Positions 59,314 through 64,000 of a stretch of DNA of 64,000 bases are shown piece by piece. Under the pieces are notes generated by a model. It did no database searches. It was not told where the DNA came from and saw only the letters and a list, made by a program, of their open reading frames with translations. Source of the stretch: Patescibacteria group bacterium UBA6201. GTDB lineage: Bacteria; Patescibacteriota; Minisyncoccia; Phycocordibacterales; UBA918. The stretch is taken from positions 290,948-354,947 of the forward strand of contig DISV01000005.1 of NCBI GenBank assembly GCA_002422025.1. Reading direction: 5' to 3'. The translations under genes were made by a program, and so were the position numbers. Each line of letters opens with the position of its first letter. Position 1 is the first letter of the stretch.

Positions 59314-61353
59314 ATGAACGATACTAATACCAATAACACTGGGTCTACGAATGCTGGGGGCCGACGCCGAAGCTTTGCTTACCGAGGGAGAAACCAACAC
59401 GGTTCTGCCCCACGCAGTTCCCGTCCACAAGCCACCAGAGGAGCTACTGCACACAGTAGCAATGCAGTTCAGGGCACTGGACCTAAACCTACCGGAGGCA
59501 GCAGGTTAGGTGGCTCAAACCGTGGTGGCTCAAATCGCCCTGGCGAAAGAGGTGGTTCTGCTCGCAAGTCATCACCTCGCTTTAACAACAAGCGCCGTTC
59601 AACAAAAGCTCCAGCTCTACAACACCGCATCAGCACCACTGATGAACGTTCTCCTAAACTGCCAGAGATATTAGATGACGACACTGTTCGCATCATTCCG
59701 ATTTCTGGAGTAGAAGAAATCGGTCGAAATATGACTGTCATTGAGACTAAAGACGATTTGATTATCTTCGACATCGGTTTCCAGTTCGTGTCTGAAGAAT
59801 CAAACGCTCCCGGTATCAACTACATATTGCCTAACACGCAATATGTAGAAGAAAGAAAGCACAAGATTCGAGGACTTGTAGTGACTCACGGCCACCTTGA
59901 CCACATCGGTGGTATTCCTTTTGTAATGGAGCGTATCGGTAACCCACCAATCTACACTCAATACCTGACTTCATTAATGATCAAAAAGCGACAAGAGGAG
60001 TTTCCTCACCTTGATCCAGTGGACATTCATGTCGTCAAAGAAGGAGATTCTTTCACACTTGGAAAAATTAAGATTAAGACCTTCCCGGTTACCCACTCTA
60101 TACCTGACGCCATGGGTGTGTCTGTAGAGACTAAACACGGAGATATCGTACTCACGGGTGACATCCGTCTTACTCAAGAGAGCAACGGAGAAGTAGCTGA
60201 TGATGAGAAGGCAGACTGGGAGAAGGTCGGACAAAACAAGAATCTTGCTCTTATTTGCGACTCAACTAATGCTGACAAAGAGGGTTTTTCAGCTCCTGAA
60301 GCAGAGGTATTAAATACTCTCGAGAGTATTATTAAAAATTCTACTGGCCGATTAATTGTAGGTACTTTTGCCTCACAATTTGAGCGTCTCACTGCCATCA
60401 TTAAATCCTGTGAGAAGTACGGCAAAAAAGTAGTACTTGAGGGACGTAGTATAAAAACCAACATCGACATAGCGCGCACCGCTAAGTTAATGGAGGTAGA
60501 CGATAAGACATTTATAAACGCTCAGGATATGGGAGATTACCCATCTGACCGGATTGTAATCCTTTCAACCGGTGCTCAAGGAGAAGAGTTTGCCGCCTTG
60601 ATGCGCATGGCAACCGATAAGCACAAATCTATCACTCTTAATGAGCGTGACACACTCGTACTTTCTTCTTCAGTAATTCCAGGAAATGAGATTGCAGTTC
60701 AGAAGCTTAAGGACAATATTTATCGCAAGAACGTACGAGTTATCAATTATCGCACTACAGCTGTTCACTCCTCAGGACACGGTAATGCTGGTGAATTGAC
60801 CTGGGTCCGCCAAACAGTCAAGCCAAAGTTCTTGATTCCGGTACATGGTCACCACTATCACTTAAAGAGTCATATGTACTCAGCGATTGAGAATGGTTTT
60901 CCTCGTGAAAACATTGTGGTGCCAGACAATGGTTCTTTGATTGATATCAAGAACGGTACTGAAATAATTGTACACAAAGAAAAGGCGCCGACTGAATTAG
61001 TGATGGTGGACGGCTTTACCGTTGGTACTAAACAGGAAGTTGTATTACGTGATCGTCAAAGCTTGTCTGAAGACGGAATGTTTGTCATTATCGCTACAGT
61101 TAACACCAAGACTGGAAAATTACGTAAGTCCCCTGACATTATTTCTCGTGGCTTCGTCTATCTTCGAGAAAACCAACAGCTTTTATCTGAAGCTCGTACA
61201 CTTATTAAGCGCACCGTGGAGAAACACACCGAGAAGATGAATCCAGTTGATCTCGACTACGTCAAAGACGAACTCTCAAAGACTGTCAGCGGATTCTTGA
61301 TGCAGAGAACCAACAAGACACCGATGGTGATACCAGTATTAATCGGTATCTAA
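59314..61353 (+). CDS. rnj: Ribonuclease J (beta-CASP metallo-beta-lactamase) with ~110-aa Arg/Gly/Ser-rich N-terminal extension
   Basis: HxHxDH motif (VVTHGHLDHIGGIPFV), the beta-CASP domain and the RNase J C-terminal domain. The N-terminal extension has the sequence ...GGRRRSFAYRGRNQHGSAPRSSRPQATRG...GGSNRGGSNRPGERGGSARK. Confidence 0.85.
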   Translation: MNDTNTNNTGSTNAGGRRRSFAYRGRNQHGSAPRSSRPQATRGATAHSSNAVQGTGPKPTGGSRLGGSNRGGSNRPGERGGSARKSSPRFNNKRRSTKAPALQHRISTTDERSPKLPEILDDDTVRIIPISGVEEIGRNMTVIETKDDLIIFDIGFQFVSEESNAPGINYILPNTQYVEERKHKIRGLVVTHGHLDHIGGIPFVMERIGNPPIYTQYLTSLMIKKRQEEFPHLDPVDIHVVKEGDSFTLGKIKIKTFPVTHSIPDAMGVSVETKHGDIVLTGDIRLTQESNGEVADDEKADWEKVGQNKNLALICDSTNADKEGFSAPEAEVLNTLESIIKNSTGRLIVGTFASQFERLTAIIKSCEKYGKKVVLEGRSIKTNIDIARTAKLMEVDDKTFINAQDMGDYPSDRIVILSTGAQGEEFAALMRMATDKHKSITLNERDTLVLSSSVIPGNEIAVQKLKDNIYRKNVRVINYRTTAVHSSGHGNAGELTWVRQTVKPKFLIPVHGHHYHLKSHMYSAIENGFPRENIVVPDNGSLIDIKNGTEIIVHKEKAPTELVMVDGFTVGTKQEVVLRDRQSLSEDGMFVIIATVNTKTGKLRKSPDIISRGFVYLRENQQLLSEARTLIKRTVEKHTEKMNPVDLDYVKDELSKTVSGFLMQRTNKTPMVIPVLIGI

Positions 61354-61391
61354 AAAAATATTCTATTTTAAAAGAATGATACAAGGACAAG

Positions 61392-61424
61392 AAAAAGGCC
61401 GGCGCAAGAGCGCCGGCCTTTTTC
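61392..61424. terminator. Bidirectional intrinsic terminator between rnj and the convergent MFS-like gene
   Basis: aaaaa-ggccggcgc-aaga-gcgccggcc-ttttt. Confidence 0.7.
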
Positions 61425-61430
61425 GTTAAA

Positions 61431-62066
61431 CTATTTCCCCCCTTTCAAATACCCGCGTAACATCAAAGGCAACAAACTTCCAAATACCATCACTACACCT
61501 CCCGTCATCAGTACCCATTGATAACCAAACTTCTCAGCGGCGAAGCCTCCAACAGCGAGAAATAAGCCAATACCGAATGAGTAAAGCATTTGATAAACTC
61601 CGACCGTCTGTCCAAGCTGTCCTTTTTCAATGTTGCTATAGAAAAGTATTCTCCATGAAGCGTAATTCATAACGGCGATAATACCGAGGAAAAACATTGC
61701 TGTATACAGCTGCCAAATCTGCGTTGAAAAACTAAGTAGTATGTATACAAAACCGGCAGCCATAGAGGCTAACGAGAGACCATATACTTCGTCTATGAAA
61801 CCCTTGTGCTTATCGAACCATCTACCAATCGGCACAGAAGCCATAGCACCCACCACACGATGAATCATTAAGGCGATACCGACATTCAATACTGTTGCAC
61901 CCTCAATTGAAGAAACAACAAAGAGTGCTAAGGCTACAGAAATGAAGGCATCAGCACCCCACACAGTAACGTCATTGGCGGTTAATATCTTGATGATGCT
62001 GGTACGCTTACCAACCGCGCTTAGGGCGGAACCAGCAATATTTAATTCATTTTTTTCTATTTCCAT
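61431..62066 (-). CDS. MFS-like 6-TM membrane protein (half-size; possibly truncated transporter)
   Basis: 211 aa and 6 hydrophobic helices resembling one MFS half. There is no ORF for the other half in the 140-bp upstream region. Confidence 0.4.
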   Translation of the reverse strand: MEIEKNELNIAGSALSAVGKRTSIIKILTANDVTVWGADAFISVALALFVVSSIEGATVLNVGIALMIHRVVGAMASVPIGRWFDKHKGFIDEVYGLSLASMAAGFVYILLSFSTQIWQLYTAMFFLGIIAVMNYASWRILFYSNIEKGQLGQTVGVYQMLYSFGIGLFLAVGGFAAEKFGYQWVLMTGGVVMVFGSLLPLMLRGYLKGGK

Positions 62067-62202
62067 ATTTTATTCCAGTTTTTAGTTTTAAGATTAAATT
62101 ACTAAAATATTTCCAAGTGAGGTGCAGATGCGCACCATAAGGGTATTTCTATTTTATAGTCGCTATCGCTCCTTGAAAATTGGTCACTAGTTTAAATAAA
62201 AT

Positions 62203-62391
62203 CTACTGGGGCAGTAGGATCCAAGCAATTAGATACATCAATAATCCCGGCATTAGTCCAGTAATGAGTAGGAAGAAAACAAACCCTAGTCTCCATATTG
62301 TAGGGTCCTGATCAAAGTACTCGGCCATACCTGCACAAATACCAGCTACCAGTACATTATCGCGACTTCTCATCAATCTTTTTGTAGACAT
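62203..62391 (-). CDS. PspC-domain small membrane protein
   Basis: VLVAGICAGMAEYFDQDPTIWRLGFVFFLLITGLMPGLLMYLIAWILLP matches the PspC domain. Confidence 0.7.
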   Translation of the reverse strand: MSTKRLMRSRDNVLVAGICAGMAEYFDQDPTIWRLGFVFFLLITGLMPGLLMYLIAWILLPQ

Positions 62392-62409
62392 AATTTAACT
62401 ATAGTATAT

Positions 62410-63096
62410 CTATAATTCATAAATAACATCCTTTCTTTCCACAACTACTGGCCAGTCCAATCGCTTTGCATGATTAAACAATGCCAGATTTGGATTAAAA
62501 CAAATTGGACGCTCTACACTTTCTAGGAGAGGAATGTCTCCCTCAGTATCACCAACACCAATCGACCTTTTACTAGTTAAAGACACATCCTCTAAAACTC
62601 TAGCAATGATATTTGCCTTATTGGCAATCAAATGTTCATCCGTCACTTCACCTGTAAAGCGGTCTTGTGGACCCAGTTCATACATCCGACCATAGACCTT
62701 ATCGAAACCGTACTGACGACAGAAGTCATCAAGAATCGTTTTAGGAGATTGTGAGATAGCTACCAGAAAATAGCCCTCGGCTTTTAAGTCTTGAATCAAA
62801 TCACGAGTATAGCGATAGACTCGCTTATTTCTTTCAGCAACTACTTCACGACCAATGTCAGCTAGGTCGCCATAAAAAACACCTTTCAGGTTTTGCCGAA
62901 ATACTTTAACAACAGCATTTATATAACTGTCGTATTCTCCTTCCCTATCTTGCCAACGACGTTTCAATTCAGCAAACTCCTCTTCAGCTCCTTTAGGAAA
63001 CACTCCCGCGTCTAACAACCTATCTACCAACTCTATTAAAAGACTGGACCGAAAAAGGGTCCCATCGATATCAAAAAAAGCCACTGGTTTCTGCAT
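62410..63096 (-). CDS. HAD-superfamily hydrolase (HAD-IB/SerB-like)
   Basis: Motif I FDIDGTL, motif II and motif III GDTEGD. Confidence 0.8.
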   Translation of the reverse strand: MQKPVAFFDIDGTLFRSSLLIELVDRLLDAGVFPKGAEEEFAELKRRWQDREGEYDSYINAVVKVFRQNLKGVFYGDLADIGREVVAERNKRVYRYTRDLIQDLKAEGYFLVAISQSPKTILDDFCRQYGFDKVYGRMYELGPQDRFTGEVTDEHLIANKANIIARVLEDVSLTSKRSIGVGDTEGDIPLLESVERPICFNPNLALFNHAKRLDWPVVVERKDVIYEL

Positions 63097-63103
63097 GCCT
63101 ATA

Positions 63104-63174
63104 TTTTACCCCCACACCAATATTTTCATAGTGCCTTACACGGGAATGAATTCCCAATGAAAATATAGGTGTGG
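63104..63174. repeat. Nested inverted-repeat structure between HAD hydrolase gene and the GC-rich ORF
   Basis: cccacaccaatattttcat ... atgaaaatataggtgtggg are 19-bp arms with one mismatch. They enclose gggaat-ga-attccc. Confidence 0.45.
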
Positions 63175-63238
63175 GGGTGTAGCAGAAACTCTTGTGGCTT
63201 GTGGGGGCATCGCCGTGACACCCCCAAAGAACTGTTGT

Positions 63239-63619
63239 TCAGAAGCACCGTCCATCATACATTGATGACTTGCCGAACGTCATCTGCCTCTGATTCGGCA
63301 GTACCACGACCACCGAGTCATGGTCGTCGCCCCGTCCTGATATTTTGGACGGGGCGAAAGAACGGCTCAGTCCCAGACTGACAACTTCATCATTGACGCT
63401 TTCGTAAGCAGGGGAGAACCCCATCTCAATACACTGCTGTCCCGGCACCCGAGCTTCCCAGGCCAGGATTTCTTTCCTGGTGAAAGCACGGACACCCAAA
63501 TCCGCTCCTTTGTGATTGATGACTCGGCCCTGGGGACAATCATCAACCGCGGATAGACCGCTGAAAATCACCCGTTTGGTAATTTTCCCATAGGCACGAT
63601 ATATAAGTTCAATCGGCAT
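63239..63619 (-). CDS. Hypothetical protein encoded in a GC-rich (foreign-looking) segment
   Basis: 126-aa ORF, Arg/Gly/Ala-rich. Local GC content is visibly much higher than in neighbouring genes. No homology recognised. Confidence 0.35.
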   Translation of the reverse strand: MPIELIYRAYGKITKRVIFSGLSAVDDCPQGRVINHKGADLGVRAFTRKEILAWEARVPGQQCIEMGFSPAYESVNDEVVSLGLSRSFAPSKISGRGDDHDSVVVVLPNQRQMTFGKSSMYDGRCF

Positions 63620-63693
63620 TTCGCTCTCCTTTTTTCACAAAAACGCCTGAGGGTTCCGCCCTGAAGAGACGATAACTTTAATTAGGACGAATG

Positions 63694-63999
63694 TCAAGAC
63701 AGCGTCCGAAATACAAGATAAAGTTTCTGTAGCAGGACACCGATGACCAATATGAGGCCAAGGAATATTATTAGACCACCAAAAAATGGTATATATGAAA
63801 GGAAGATTACTGCAAACACTCCTAACATAACTGAAAGTAAATCAATTCTTCTGTCTTTGACAAAGTAAGACACAATGTACGCACCGAGCAGAATTGGCAG
63901 GATAATAAAGGCGCACAGGAACAGAAGCATAGTCAAAAGAAGAGAAATTATTCCCAGCCAAGCACCAAGTACGGTAGCGAGTAATATGAAACTAAGCAC
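63694..63999 (-). CDS. Hypothetical polytopic membrane protein (may extend beyond the window)
   Basis: 101-aa highly hydrophobic ORF running to the window edge. Confidence 0.4.
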   Translation of the reverse strand: MLSFILLATVLGAWLGIISLLLTMLLFLCAFIILPILLGAYIVSYFVKDRRIDLLSVMLGVFAVIFLSYIPFFGGLIIFLGLILVIGVLLQKLYLVFRTLS

Positions 64000-64000
64000 T

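Overview
This is an AT-rich (roughly 40-45% GC by eye), gene-dense bacterial chromosomal segment read in the standard code, with most genes on the minus strand. I found no rRNA and no CRISPR array.

Main contents, in order:
- A complete F1Fo ATP synthase operon (atpB-E-F-H-A-G-D-C) with a short delta subunit.
- A tRNA-Ala(UGC) locus and a tRNA-Ser(GGA) locus. Each sits inside perfect direct repeats of tRNA end segments plus hairpin-rich spacers, which look like decayed tRNA duplicates. Neither tRNA encodes CCA.
- A DNA-repair block uvrB-uvrA-uvrC-ddl. The uvrC reading frame stops just before the HhH domain, with a frameshifted remnant after it.
- tgt, an FKBP, CapA, an AI-2E transporter, and a UmuC-like Y-family polymerase. 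A stand-alone S24 (UmuD/LexA C-terminal-like) protein lies about 2 kb from the polymerase.
- A ~10 kb cell-surface locus. It holds an ECF sigma/anti-sigma pair, a small secreted protein and a 671-aa lamin-tail-domain protein that both carry a SipW-cognate (TasA-type) signal peptide, an archaeal-type SipW signal peptidase between them, a peptidoglycan-binding secreted protein, and a 1278-aa giant surface protein. The 671-aa and 1278-aa proteins share a paralogous ~200-aa module; the 1278-aa protein and the PG-binding protein share a poly-Gly plus VLG..TD motif.
- A pseudouridine synthase, typA, and an unusual membrane protein that fuses a polytopic domain, a cytochrome b5-like heme domain and a YVTN beta-propeller.
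- A cobalamin module: class II RNR nrdJ, a PduO-type adenosyltransferase, a DUF4430-like protein and an ECF S-component-like protein. Palindromic operator-like sites precede nrdJ.
- A Fur-family regulator, htpX, and a four-helix-bundle (rRNA-IVS-type) protein gene bracketed by 24-bp heptamer-built inverted repeats.
- A DUF2207/LemA pair, groESL, secG, a family-5 solute-binding protein, RNase J with an Arg/Gly-rich N-terminal extension, a PspC-domain protein, a HAD hydrolase and a GC-rich putatively foreign islet.
- A ~105-bp element with terminal inverted repeats, present in two copies 28 kb apart, each immediately upstream of a small gene.

The organism is probably a small-genome bacterium, possibly Patescibacteria/CPR-like. 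That is inference only.
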